From assembly GCA_963674965.2 (NCBI GenBank), contig CAXXFL010000006.1:352001-416000 (forward strand): DNA of 64,000 nucleotides, in the 5' to 3' direction. This document shows positions 1 to 10,385 of the stretch, piece by piece. Each line of letters starts with the position of its first letter. Position 1 is the stretch's first letter. The notes under the pieces were generated by a model that had not been told where the DNA came from, did not search any database, and saw only the letters and a program-made list of their open reading frames with translations. The stretch comes from a bacterium (GTDB taxonomy: Bacteria > RBG-13-61-14 > DATKZS01). The position numbers and the translations under genes were made by a program.

Positions 1-3000
1 TCACGCGGTGAATTACTCAAAAATGACCTATCCGAGCATCCTGACCGCATTTATAACGGCCTCCTCACTATCCTGATGCGGCTCGTGTTTCTCCTCTACG
101 CCGAAGACCGCGGCCTGATGCCGGACAATGAACTCTATGCCGGGAACTACTCCGTCCACGGGCTATTCAACAAACTGCGCTCGGACGCGCAACACTACCC
201 GGACACCATGGATCACCGCTACGGGGCCTGGGCGCAGCTTGTGGCATTGTTTCGGTCGGTGCATGACGGATGCGAGCATCCCATGCTCGGACTCCCCGCC
301 CGGCACGGGCACCTGTTCGACCCGGGAAGGTTCCCGTTCCTGGAAGGCCGCACTACTTCGCAATCCCGTCTGCCCCTGGTGTCGGACGGCGTTATCTACC
401 GGGTCCTGGACAAGCTCCTCATTCTCGACGGCGAGCGGCTTAGCTACCGAACCCTGGACGTGGAGCAGATCGGCAGCGTCTATGAAACCATGATGGGCTT
501 CCGCCTTCAGCAGGCCGGGGGAATGACCATTGCGCTCAAGCCCGCCAAGGCAAACGGCGCGCCAGTCCCGGTCAACCTCGAAAAGCTCCTCTCCACCGCT
601 CCGGGCAGTCGTAAGAAATGGATTGCTGACCAAACTGATTACAAGCTGACAGCCAACATGGACAGCGCGGTCAAGGGGTCCGCCAATCCGGATGAACTCC
701 TGGCCGCTCTGGAAAACCGCATCGCCCGCAATGCCACGCCCCAGCCGGTGGCTGCCGGGACCATGATTCTCATGCCCACGGACGAGCGGAGGAAGACCGG
801 TTCTCACTACACGCCGCGCTTGCTTACGGAGCCGATTGTCAGGACCGCTCTGGAGCCGATTTTTAAGCAGCTTGGGGCCGATCCCACCCCGGATCAGATT
901 CTAAATCTCAAGGTCTGCGACCCGGCCATGGGTTCGGGAGCGTTCCTGGTCGAGGCTTGCCGACAAATCGGGGACGAGTTGGTCAAGGCCTGGGCTTTCC
1001 ACGGATGGAAACCGACAATCCCGCCGGACGAGGATGAAGTGCTCCATGCCCGGCGTCTGGTGGCCCAGCGCTGTCTGTACGGCGTGGACCGCAATCCCAT
1101 GGCCGTGGACCTGGCCAAACTGTCTTTGTGGCTCGCCACCCTTGCCAAGGACCATCCCTTCACTTTCCTGGACCATGCCTTGCGCTGCGGCGACTCGCTG
1201 GTGGGGCTGACCCGTGAGCAGATTGTCGGGTTTCACTGGAAACCTTCACAGCAGATCAGCTTCCTCGCCGACTTCATCCAGAAGCGGGTCAATGAAATCT
1301 CCCGTGAGCGCCGCCAGATACTCGAGTCCGGGGACCAGATGCCGCCCGAGGCCAAAAGGAAGAAACTCGATGTAGCGGACAAGGAATTGGGGAGAATCCG
1401 ACGCCTCGGTGATGCCGTGGTGTCGGCATTCTTCTCGGCATCGAATGCACGAGGGCGCGAAGAAAATCTAAAGGAGCTCATTCCACTGGCTGATGAAATT
1501 CAATCAGGACTTGGATTGGACAATGCGGTTCAATCTTTGAGCGTAGGAGAGCATCCAATTGCGCCCTTTCACTGGGAGCTTGAGTTCCCTGAGGTCTTTT
1601 TTGAGGGCAATGGAGGATTTGATGCGATTGTAGGAAATCCACCGTTTGCGGGGGTTACTACACTCTCACGATCGTCTCATGCGAACTATACCAATTGGCT
1701 AAGAACTTATTGGCAAGATACTGGGGGGAAATGCGACCTAGTTGCATTCTTTTTCCGTCAAGCATTCGACCTGGTACGTGATCGTGGATCGCTTGGGCTT
1801 GTTGCGACGAATACCATTGCTCAGGGAGACACTCGCGAAAGCGGTCTTGCACCAATAAGAAAATCGGGAGGCACCATATATTCAGCTATTAAACGCTTGA
1901 AATGGCCTGGTCAAGCAGCCGTAATTGTAAGCGTAATACATGTGCTAAAAGGCAAATTTAACGACCAATTGTACAGGAATGGTTCCCCCGTTGAAGACAT
2001 TACTTCTTTTCTTTTTAGTCGAGGAGGCGATGATATGCCCAGAAGACTCGAACAGGATATAGAGGGAGTAACGAAAGGGGTTGTGCCTTATGGACTAGGT
2101 TTTGTCATTGATAATTCAACAGAAGGATGTATTAAAAATGAAGAGGTCGAAGAGGTATTAAATGCAGAGCCAAAAAGCAGCAACCTGATTTATGAATATA
2201 TAGGAGGTGATGAATTCAACACATCTCCTATTCAAAAGTCAACTAAATCCATTGTTAAGTTTGATGGAATGGATTATGAAGAGGCTGCTCAGTTTCCTCT
2301 TCTACTTGAACTCGTCAAGAAAAAAGTTAAGCCAGGAAGAGATGCTCTAACAAACCAATCAGGTGCTGATAGATTAAAAAAATTCTGGTGGTGTTACCAA
2401 TATTCAGCAAGAGAACTCTATTCATCGCTTACAGGACTTAAAAGAGTTCTTGCCGTAGCTAGAGTAACAAGACATGTTGCATTTTCTTTTCTACCAACGG
2501 GAATTGTGTACAACGAAAAAATAGTTGTTTTTCCTTCTGAAGAATATTCATTCTTCGCTATCATGCAATCAAACGTTCACTCATTTTGGGCTTGGTTTTT
2601 CTCTTCTACGATGAAGGATGATCTCAATTACTCGCCTACAGACTGCTTCCATACGTTCCCTTTTCCTATTGGCTACCGTGAAAGTGTTGAACTTGGGAAG
2701 ATAGGTCAAAGTTATTATGAATTCCGCTCAAATTTAATGGTTAATAACAATGAAGGTCTTACTAAAACTTACAATCGTTTTAACGACCCAAACGAAACAT
2801 TACAAGAAATTATAAAACTCCGGGAGTTGCATGATGCAATGGACCGGGTTGTACTGGATGCCTATGGCTGGTCCGATATTCAGCCCTTGTGCGAGTTCAT
2901 TCTTGACTATGAAGATGACGACGATGATGAAGGGAGTAGCCGTCGGAAAAAGCCCTGGCGTTATCGCTGGCCGGACGAAATCCGGGACGAGGTGCTGGCA

Positions 3001-3135
3001 AGGCTCCTGGCGCTGAACGCCGAAAGAGCGGCAGAGGAGCACAGAGCGGGAAAAGCAGCCGCCCTGGAGGAGAAGAAAAAGGGACGCAAAAAGAAAAAGA
3101 CGGCCAAGAAGAAAGGCACGCCTTTATTTGATTAG
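1..3135 (+). CDS. drmMI: N6-adenine DNA methyltransferase, Eco57I/type IIG-like (DISARM class I DrmMI); 5' end outside the window
   Basis: Frame 1 is open from base 1. Motif I CDPAMGSGAF, motif IV GNPPF, GSHYTP. Lies directly upstream of drmABC. Confidence 0.88.
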   Translation, partial: SRGELLKNDLSEHPDRIYNGLLTILMRLVFLLYAEDRGLMPDNELYAGNYSVHGLFNKLRSDAQHYPDTMDHRYGAWAQLVALFRSVHDGCEHPMLGLPARHGHLFDPGRFPFLEGRTTSQSRLPLVSDGVIYRVLDKLLILDGERLSYRTLDVEQIGSVYETMMGFRLQQAGGMTIALKPAKANGAPVPVNLEKLLSTAPGSRKKWIADQTDYKLTANMDSAVKGSANPDELLAALENRIARNATPQPVAAGTMILMPTDERRKTGSHYTPRLLTEPIVRTALEPIFKQLGADPTPDQILNLKVCDPAMGSGAFLVEACRQIGDELVKAWAFHGWKPTIPPDEDEVLHARRLVAQRCLYGVDRNPMAVDLAKLSLWLATLAKDHPFTFLDHALRCGDSLVGLTREQIVGFHWKPSQQISFLADFIQKRVNEISRERRQILESGDQMPPEAKRKKLDVADKELGRIRRLGDAVVSAFFSASNARGREENLKELIPLADEIQSGLGLDNAVQSLSVGEHPIAPFHWELEFPEVFFEGNGGFDAIVGNPPFAGVTTLSRSSHANYTNWLRTYWQDTGGKCDLVAFFFRQAFDLVRDRGSLGLVATNTIAQGDTRESGLAPIRKSGGTIYSAIKRLKWPGQAAVIVSVIHVLKGKFNDQLYRNGSPVEDITSFLFSRGGDDMPRRLEQDIEGVTKGVVPYGLGFVIDNSTEGCIKNEEVEEVLNAEPKSSNLIYEYIGGDEFNTSPIQKSTKSIVKFDGMDYEEAAQFPLLLELVKKKVKPGRDALTNQSGADRLKKFWWCYQYSARELYSSLTGLKRVLAVARVTRHVAFSFLPTGIVYNEKIVVFPSEEYSFFAIMQSNVHSFWAWFFSSTMKDDLNYSPTDCFHTFPFPIGYRESVELGKIGQSYYEFRSNLMVNNNEGLTKTYNRFNDPNETLQEIIKLRELHDAMDRVVLDAYGWSDIQPLCEFILDYEDDDDDEGSSRRKKPWRYRWPDEIRDEVLARLLALNAERAAEEHRAGKAAALEEKKKGRKKKKTAKKKGTPLFD

Positions 3136-3149
3136 AATGGGAGACGCTA

Positions 3150-6100
3150 ATGACTAATCCAACAACAACCAGCGTTGAGGTCAGGGAGCGACTTGTCGAG
3201 ACCCTGCGGTTGGACCTGGTCGGCCCGGACAACGAGCACGCCTTTGCCACGGAGCTTTTGCCCGAATCGCCCACCAGGTGGTACCTGACCGGTTTTCTGG
3301 TCCCCACCGACGCGCCGGTGGAGCAGAAATTCGACGAGACCTCTGCGGAAGAAATCGACTCTCCGGCTGAAGCCGAGGGCCTGGACGACTCCGACACCCC
3401 GGACCGGTCAGCTGCCAACCGCCGAAGCCTTCTGCCTTCATCAATCGGCCTCAGCGTCCTCCTGTCATCAGACACCAAGGAACTCTCGGCCACGGTCTGC
3501 TGGGGAGATTACAAATGGGAAGCTCCGGAAAACGAGCCTGAACCCGTTGTAGGCGAACCTGAAGACGAACAAGAAGATGAAAGTCATAAAATTGAAGGCG
3601 ATGAAGGTGAGCCCGATGGCTCCGCCGGAGAATCCACGGGTAAAAAACCCTTGCGAGGTTGGCGTCGCGATCCCCGGACCGAGCAGTTAGTAATAAAGTT
3701 ACCCGACGCTGACGGCAAGCCTGGTTTCTTTGACGTGCCGAACAGCAACGGCTTGAAGCTAGTGGTCACTACCCGCTCCGCATCCACCCCCGGCTTGCCT
3801 CCCGGCACCAAGGCGGCATCCATATTCCTGGTCAACTACCGAACGCCCAATGAAGAAAAACCTTACCGCTCCTTTGCCTTTCAGGCCTGCCTGAAATTGA
3901 ACTGCAAGGAAGGTTTCGTTCCCAGGGCCGATCCCAGGGGATGGGGAGTGGACGATGAATGGGACGAGCGGGTTGGCGACCTTCAGTACAGGGACGTTTT
4001 CGAATATGCGGTGGGCCAAGGCGTTTCCGCTAATGCTGAAATAGCTGATGAAGGCGGTTGCCTTGACGTGCGGACAATCTGGATTCCCGCCGGCGAAGTC
4101 GAGCGCATCGCGCCTTCGGAGATTCCTGACGTTGAGTTGGAAATGGAGGCCCTCAGTTCGATTAAAGACGGAGCCGACGCCAAGGCCAAGCTAGGAAAGC
4201 TGACTGAGCACTATCGGGCTTGGATCGAAGAGCAACGCAAAGCCATCGCATTCTTGAATCCCAGCCGTACTCAGACCGCGAATGACATGCTAATCGAGGC
4301 CGGGCACGTTGCGTCACGGATTGACGCTGGCATTGATCTCTTGGCCGATCCCGACGTTCTTGAGGCATTTCGGATAGCTAACCAGGCGGTGGCCATGGCC
4401 TCTCGCCAGCGATTCAGCCGCATCCAGGGCAAAGCGCCCAAGAACGTTGACCCGCCCAAGTGGTATCCCTTCCAGTTAGCCTATCTGCTCATGACCATTC
4501 AGGGCATGTCCAATCCAGCACACGGGGACCGTGAGGTTGTAGACCTGCTCTTCTTCCCAACCGGCGGCGGCAAAACCGAGGCTTACCTGGCCCTTGCCGC
4601 CTTCACCTTGGTCTTGAGACGGCTCAAAGAAAAGGACGACGACGGAAAGCCTTCAATCCATTCAGCCGGTGTAAGTGTTCTCATGCGATATACGCTCCGT
4701 CTTTTGACTCTTGACCAGCTTGGCCGTGCCGCATCTTTGATATGCGCTCTTGAATTGATACGTGAAAAGAACAAGGAAGTCCTTGGTGATTGGCCCTTCG
4801 AGATCGGTCTTTGGGTCGGCCAGGCCGCGACGCCCAATCGGATGGGCCATCGAGGTGATAAAAGCGCTCAGCGGCCCTACACTGCCTACACCAAAACTTC
4901 ACAGTTCCAGAGCGATGAGAAAAAGCCTTCGCCAATTCCACTTGAGGAATGCCCCTGGTGCGGGACGAAATTCACCCGAGATTCTTTTCGGCTTGTTCCC
5001 AACAACATCAACCCAATTGACCTGCGGGTGCATTGCACCAACGACCAGTGCCTGTTTTGCGGGGACCGGTACCTGCCAATAGTCGCGGTGGACGAACCTA
5101 TCTATCGACGGCTGCCATGTTTCATGATCGCCACGGTTGATAAGTTTGCAGCCCTGCCCTGGACCGGCCTGACGGGAGCATTGTTCGGCAAGGTAGACCG
5201 GCATGACAAAGATGGTTTCTACGGCCCATGCGATCCGGGTAAGGGCACTCTGATTCCGGGAGGGCAAATCCCGCCGCCGGACCTGATTATTCAGGACGAG
5301 CTGCACCTGATCTCCGGCCCCCTGGGCACGGTGGCCGGTTTGTATGAGACGGTGATTGACGCTCTGGCAACCCGGAAAGAGGGAGAGGAGCAAATTCGCC
5401 CAAAGATCGTGGCCAGCACCGCGACCGTCCGCCGTGCCGACAGTCAAATCAGGGCATTGTTCAATCACAGCCGAGTGAACGTCTTCCCGCCGCCGGGACC
5501 GGATAGGCGGGATTCATTTTTCGCTCATTCCCTGAGCACGGATGAAAGCCCGCCTCGTTTGTATCTTGGCATCGCGGCCCAGGGCCGGAGCCTCAAGGTA
5601 GTATTTCTAAGGGCAGGACTGGCATTGCTAAGTGCAGGCCAGACCGCGTGGGAGGAAGCGATAAGCAATAAAATAACGCCCAATCCCGCCGATCCATACA
5701 TGACCCTGCTCGGCTATTTTAATTCTCTGCGTGAGCTTGGAGGCAGCAGACGGATCATCGAAGACGAAGTACGCACCAGACTTGTGACCTACTATGGCCG
5801 AAAACGACGGGACCCCAAGGATGACTTGTTCCGCAATCGTCAGATTGGCTACGACGTGCTTGAGCTTACATCACGAGTCAAGACCAATGACGTAGCCATT
5901 GCCAAGAGACGCCTTGCCTTGGACTTCTCGGATACGGAGCATGTGGACGTTGCGCTGGCGACGAATATGATTTCGGTCGGCCTCGATATCACCCGCCTGG
6001 GCCTCATGACCGTTCTCGGACAGCCAAAGACCTGCGCCGAGTACATACAGGCCACCAGCCGGGTGGGACGTGACGAAAACAGGCCGGGGCTTGTGATAAC

Positions 6101-6671
6101 GCTCCTCAACATTCACAAACCACGTGATCGGTCGCACTATGAGCGATTTACCACCTATCACAGCCTTTTCTATCGCAATGTGGAAGCAACGAGTGTTACG
6201 CCATTTTCTCCACGAGCCTTGGATCGCGCGCTTTCAGCGGCCTTGGTTGCGTTGTGTCGCCAGGAGAAAGCAGGCTTCACCCCACCAAAGTCAGCACAGG
6301 AAATATTGTCGAAGCGAGCTGACCTGGATGCATTGATTCAGATTATCTCGGAGCGAGCTCGGGAGCACAGCAACGACATGCCCGACCCGGAGCGTCAGGC
6401 GCTTGCCGCCAACGTGCTCCATCGCTGCAATGATTTGCTTGACGCTTGGCTGCGGATTGCCCAACAAGCCCAGCAGGAGGGTTCAGGCCTTCAGTATCAA
6501 AAAGAGGAAAGCGCTCCGCCGAGACGACTATTGTATGACTTTCTCGACCCGGAGATTCCCAACCTTCATCCCATCCAACACCGCTTCCGGGCCAACCGGT
6601 CCATGCGGGACGTGGAGGCATCCGTTGACATCCTGGTGAAAAATCTGAAGGACTGGGAGGATAAAAAATGA
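3150..6671 (+). CDS. drmA: DISARM SF2 helicase DrmA
   Basis: 1173 aa; Walker A FPTGGGKTEAY, QDELH, ASTAT, CPWCG Zn site, ATNMISVGLD, QATSRVGR. Followed by a DUF1998 gene. Confidence 0.92.
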   Translation: MTNPTTTSVEVRERLVETLRLDLVGPDNEHAFATELLPESPTRWYLTGFLVPTDAPVEQKFDETSAEEIDSPAEAEGLDDSDTPDRSAANRRSLLPSSIGLSVLLSSDTKELSATVCWGDYKWEAPENEPEPVVGEPEDEQEDESHKIEGDEGEPDGSAGESTGKKPLRGWRRDPRTEQLVIKLPDADGKPGFFDVPNSNGLKLVVTTRSASTPGLPPGTKAASIFLVNYRTPNEEKPYRSFAFQACLKLNCKEGFVPRADPRGWGVDDEWDERVGDLQYRDVFEYAVGQGVSANAEIADEGGCLDVRTIWIPAGEVERIAPSEIPDVELEMEALSSIKDGADAKAKLGKLTEHYRAWIEEQRKAIAFLNPSRTQTANDMLIEAGHVASRIDAGIDLLADPDVLEAFRIANQAVAMASRQRFSRIQGKAPKNVDPPKWYPFQLAYLLMTIQGMSNPAHGDREVVDLLFFPTGGGKTEAYLALAAFTLVLRRLKEKDDDGKPSIHSAGVSVLMRYTLRLLTLDQLGRAASLICALELIREKNKEVLGDWPFEIGLWVGQAATPNRMGHRGDKSAQRPYTAYTKTSQFQSDEKKPSPIPLEECPWCGTKFTRDSFRLVPNNINPIDLRVHCTNDQCLFCGDRYLPIVAVDEPIYRRLPCFMIATVDKFAALPWTGLTGALFGKVDRHDKDGFYGPCDPGKGTLIPGGQIPPPDLIIQDELHLISGPLGTVAGLYETVIDALATRKEGEEQIRPKIVASTATVRRADSQIRALFNHSRVNVFPPPGPDRRDSFFAHSLSTDESPPRLYLGIAAQGRSLKVVFLRAGLALLSAGQTAWEEAISNKITPNPADPYMTLLGYFNSLRELGGSRRIIEDEVRTRLVTYYGRKRRDPKDDLFRNRQIGYDVLELTSRVKTNDVAIAKRRLALDFSDTEHVDVALATNMISVGLDITRLGLMTVLGQPKTCAEYIQATSRVGRDENRPGLVITLLNIHKPRDRSHYERFTTYHSLFYRNVEATSVTPFSPRALDRALSAALVALCRQEKAGFTPPKSAQEILSKRADLDALIQIISERAREHSNDMPDPERQALAANVLHRCNDLLDAWLRIAQQAQQEGSGLQYQKEESAPPRRLLYDFLDPEIPNLHPIQHRFRANRSMRDVEASVDILVKNLKDWEDKK

Positions 6672-8452
6672 ATAAGCCGCAGATAAGGTCAAGTCAGCTT
6701 ATTACGACTTTCGGTCCGGGCGCTATGGTTGACCTGCCGGATGATGCGGTCATAATCACGGGCCTCGACCAGTGGCGCTACAGTAATGCTTCGCAACCTC
6801 CGGTAATTCACGAATCTCGCCTACAACGAAAATTGGCAGAGTTGCTAGGCATCTCCAACGTCCTTTTACGAAAGCCGCCTCCAGCTATCGAGGACAGGGG
6901 ATTTACTCCCGACATATCGGCCTATCGTTTTCCCGAATGGTACATCGTGCAAAGACAAATTCAGAGAGGCTCGCATAGGGCAAGAAAGCTCGTCAATCAA
7001 AAAGACCTGGAGAGAGCAAAATACAAAGATGATGACGGCAAGAAGTACCCCGTCGTTCCAGTCCGTTTTGTAAGAGCTTGTCGCAAAGGGCATGTGGGTG
7101 ACATCGACTGGTACTCCTTTGTCCATGGTACGGATACCGGGTGTCGTCGAGAACTATTCATCGAGGAGCGAGGTACGAGCGGAGACCTCGACGCCGTATG
7201 GGTAGTGTGCGGGTGTGGAGCGGCACGAGCCATGAGTCAGGCGGCGAGACCTGAACTGCGTGCCCTGGGCTCCTGTAACGGCGCACGGCCCTGGCTGGGA
7301 CCAGGAACCCGTGAGTCGTGCGGTGAGCCGAATAGACTGCTGATCCGCAGCGCCAGCAATGCTTATTTCCCTCAACTGCTGTCTGTCATCTCGATTCCTG
7401 ACTCACTTGAAAAAGTGGACCTCGCGGTTTCCGCTCTATGGGATTCTCATCTATCGGCTGTTGATAGTGAGACTACCCTTGAGGTCTTCATGAAGATACC
7501 TCAGGTGAAACAGCAACTCGAGGATTTTTCGACCGCCCAGGTCATGGAGGCTATCCACAGGCGCAAAGATGGCCAAGCTGATGAAGAGCGGCCTGTAAAA
7601 GAAACGGAATTCGAGGCGCTCTCAAAGGCGGAAGAGGAACTAGGCGTAGATCAGCCGGAGGGTGACTTTTATGCTAAGGCTTTGCCGCCCGCCCAGTGGT
7701 CCGAGAGTTGGATGCAATCAATCGAACGAGTCGTTTTGGTCCATCGTCTGCGAGAGGTTGTGGCCCAAGTCGGATTTACCAGATTCGAAGCCGCCGGACC
7801 GGATATTCAAGGCGAGCTTGATATTGATGTTCAGCGTGCACCGCTGGCATTGGACCTTTCCTGGTTACCTGCCATTGAAAACCGTGGTGAAGGTATTTTC
7901 CTCCAGTTTAGCGCGGAAGCCGTGGATGCCTGGTTGAAGCTCGATGCCGTGAAAAAAAGAGATGCACAGTTACAGGAAGGCTTTCAAAAATGGCTTGAAG
8001 CACATGAGGGAAGCAAGCGTCAATATCCTGGACTCCCGTATTATATGCTCCATTCACTTTCTCACCTTCTCCTAATTGCAGTCTCGTTGGAGTGCGGCTA
8101 TCCGGCATCTTCGCTTCGTGAGAGAGTCTATGCGATGCCTGACAAATACGGTATTTTGATCTATACAGGCTCTTCGGACGCTGAAGGCACCTTGGGCGGA
8201 CTTGTCGAGGCGGGGAGAAGAATTAAATACCACTTACAGAGAGCGCTTGATATGGGAGAGTTGTGTTCAAATGACCCTGTATGCGCTTTCCACGCTCCCT
8301 CACAGCATGACCACAAAACCTTGCTAGGTAGCGCGTGTCATGGGTGCTTACTCATTTCAGAGACATCCTGTGAACAAAGGAACGATTTTTTGGACAGAGC
8401 TTTAGTAGTACGCACCGTTGAGTCTGTCGGCGCAGAGTTTTTCGGGAGATAG
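6668..8452 (+). CDS. drmB: DISARM DrmB, DUF1998 domain protein
   Basis: N-terminal SQLITTFGPGAMVDLP; C-terminal CSNDPVC...ACHGC...ETSC; ATGA overlap with drmA. Confidence 0.92.
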   Translation: MNKPQIRSSQLITTFGPGAMVDLPDDAVIITGLDQWRYSNASQPPVIHESRLQRKLAELLGISNVLLRKPPPAIEDRGFTPDISAYRFPEWYIVQRQIQRGSHRARKLVNQKDLERAKYKDDDGKKYPVVPVRFVRACRKGHVGDIDWYSFVHGTDTGCRRELFIEERGTSGDLDAVWVVCGCGAARAMSQAARPELRALGSCNGARPWLGPGTRESCGEPNRLLIRSASNAYFPQLLSVISIPDSLEKVDLAVSALWDSHLSAVDSETTLEVFMKIPQVKQQLEDFSTAQVMEAIHRRKDGQADEERPVKETEFEALSKAEEELGVDQPEGDFYAKALPPAQWSESWMQSIERVVLVHRLREVVAQVGFTRFEAAGPDIQGELDIDVQRAPLALDLSWLPAIENRGEGIFLQFSAEAVDAWLKLDAVKKRDAQLQEGFQKWLEAHEGSKRQYPGLPYYMLHSLSHLLLIAVSLECGYPASSLRERVYAMPDKYGILIYTGSSDAEGTLGGLVEAGRRIKYHLQRALDMGELCSNDPVCAFHAPSQHDHKTLLGSACHGCLLISETSCEQRNDFLDRALVVRTVESVGAEFFGR

Positions 8453-8457
8453 GCAGA

Positions 8458-9252
8458 ATGTTCGACGTATTTCATAAGCTCACAACCTCCAGTCTGAGAC
8501 AACTCTCAGATTCTCTACGGGATGGGGAATTGGCATCTGGCATTACATCGCATGCGATACAGCAGATTGCAGGGGCTTCGCTAACAGAGGAATTGGTTAA
8601 AGTGCTGGAAAATTTATCTTGCTTGGGGTGGTCTTCCAGTCAACTTTCCGATTTCGTCAAGTTCATAGCAGATACTCGTGAACAGGCATCAAAACCTGAA
8701 TCTGTTTTTGATCTTGTTTTATCAGGCCCCGATGTACAGGGCATTCCCACAAGGGACACTGCCGCCGTAATGCATTCACTAATCGAACAGGCCAACGAGG
8801 AAGTGATTTTGGTTGGGTATGCTGTTCACAACGGTAAAAAGCTATTTGAACGCCTGGCTCAGCGGATGGAAGAACAGCCAAAGTTGAACGTTTGGTTTTG
8901 TCTAAATATTCAGAGGCAATTTAGAGATACTTCGTTAAGTTCAGAAATTGTTCGTCGCTTTTCAACTGAGTTTCAGGAGAAACATTGGCCCTGGAGCCCA
9001 AAGCCACAAGTATTCTATGACCCTCGTTCTTTGGATGATAAAGGCAAAACTCGAACTAGCTTGCATGCAAAATGTCTGATTGTTGATCGAGAACAGGCGT
9101 TAATTACGTCCGCTAATTTTACTGAAGCAGCGCAGAAAAGGAATATAGAAGCGGGAGTGGTTGTCCGGTATAAACCTTTCGTTGAACGCATCACCTTGTA
9201 TTTTGACATGATGAAGCAATCTATTTTCAAGGAGCTTGTTTTCCCGAATTAA
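8458..9252 (+). CDS. drmC: DISARM DrmC, phospholipase D-family nuclease
   Basis: HKD motif LHAKCLIVD...ITSANFT...NIEAG; position after drmB. Confidence 0.9.
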   Translation: MFDVFHKLTTSSLRQLSDSLRDGELASGITSHAIQQIAGASLTEELVKVLENLSCLGWSSSQLSDFVKFIADTREQASKPESVFDLVLSGPDVQGIPTRDTAAVMHSLIEQANEEVILVGYAVHNGKKLFERLAQRMEEQPKLNVWFCLNIQRQFRDTSLSSEIVRRFSTEFQEKHWPWSPKPQVFYDPRSLDDKGKTRTSLHAKCLIVDREQALITSANFTEAAQKRNIEAGVVVRYKPFVERITLYFDMMKQSIFKELVFPN

Positions 9253-10229
9253 CAGGATTGTTTATTGCCTTTCTGACTGATGTATGCCGCACTGCTATTT
9301 AGATCTAGTTCAACACGTTCACCAACAGTTTGCTCCAATCTTCTTAGAAATGATTTTCTATATCTAGTATGGAGGATTTGCTGATAGTACCGATTGGGTA
9401 CATCAATGGCAACATGAACTTTATCACTTGTATGTTCAACCTTGCTTATGAAACACGACGATAATATCGTTCGAGTGAGAACACTATTCTTGCCCAGCCC
9501 GTCGGTGATTTTATTATACAGATGATCGTACTTTTCTGGATAGCGATATTTCATTCGTCTCTCATGATAGAGTTGTTGATGGTCTTTTTCATTTGAGTAA
9601 ACATTCATTGTATTGTTTGATCCTATTTTTGAAGAAGCATCACGGATATGTTCCCCCTTTCCGCTTCTGGTATGGTTTTTTATAATTACTTTAGATTCTT
9701 TTATTTTTTCAAAAGTACTATATTTTATGCGGACATCATGGCCAGTAGGCTGTGCTTTTAAGGGTACAACCTTAACTCCATCCTGGTTGTTTGGGTGTTC
9801 CTTAAAGCTTACATCCATGTGGATATCTTGCCGCACGAGTTGCATCTCGTCATCGGGAGTAAGCGGGTCATCGAGAGCGACCTTGAACAGGCATTTGCCC
9901 TTGACTCTCTTTTCAAGTTTCGGATTGTAAATGTACGTCGGCTTGAACCGGATGAAGCTTTCAGCATTCTCGTTTTTCAAAAGGCGGGATATTTTCTTAG
10001 AACTAAAGCCAACTGTTTGTGCAAGTTCGTCCAGCGTCGAGTAGAACCAATCTCTGACCTCTCCGGTGTTATTATTGCGATAGCACTTCTGGCGGGCCTC
10101 AATGATGAGCACAGCCAGGTCATTGCCTAAGATAGGCCGCCAGTTCCGCCAGAAGTACCGAGTTGTGATTACGACCGAGCGTGGCTTGATGACCGCCGTA
10201 CAGGCTGTTTGGTAGTAGGAGTTTTTCAT
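9249..10229 (-). CDS. Putative replication initiator: N-terminal HTH plus C-terminal DnaA N-terminal-like domain
   Basis: HTH-like TLDELAQTVGFSSKKISRLL; C-terminal IDVPNRYYQQILHTRYRKSFLRRLEQTVGERVEL resembles DnaA domain I. Confidence 0.55.
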   Translation of the reverse strand: MKNSYYQTACTAVIKPRSVVITTRYFWRNWRPILGNDLAVLIIEARQKCYRNNNTGEVRDWFYSTLDELAQTVGFSSKKISRLLKNENAESFIRFKPTYIYNPKLEKRVKGKCLFKVALDDPLTPDDEMQLVRQDIHMDVSFKEHPNNQDGVKVVPLKAQPTGHDVRIKYSTFEKIKESKVIIKNHTRSGKGEHIRDASSKIGSNNTMNVYSNEKDHQQLYHERRMKYRYPEKYDHLYNKITDGLGKNSVLTRTILSSCFISKVEHTSDKVHVAIDVPNRYYQQILHTRYRKSFLRRLEQTVGERVELDLNSSAAYISQKGNKQSC

Positions 10230-10385
10230 AGGTTTGATTATTATTTGCGAATTAAAGAATAGGGCAGTGTTTTCCCTTTAGTGAAAGGCTTTTCAGGGCC
10301 TTTTGGTTGCAGTGGCCCCTCTGTGCCAACGTAGATGAGACACTTCCCCTATGTTAAATTACTGTAGGGCGGGGGAGGTATTAGG

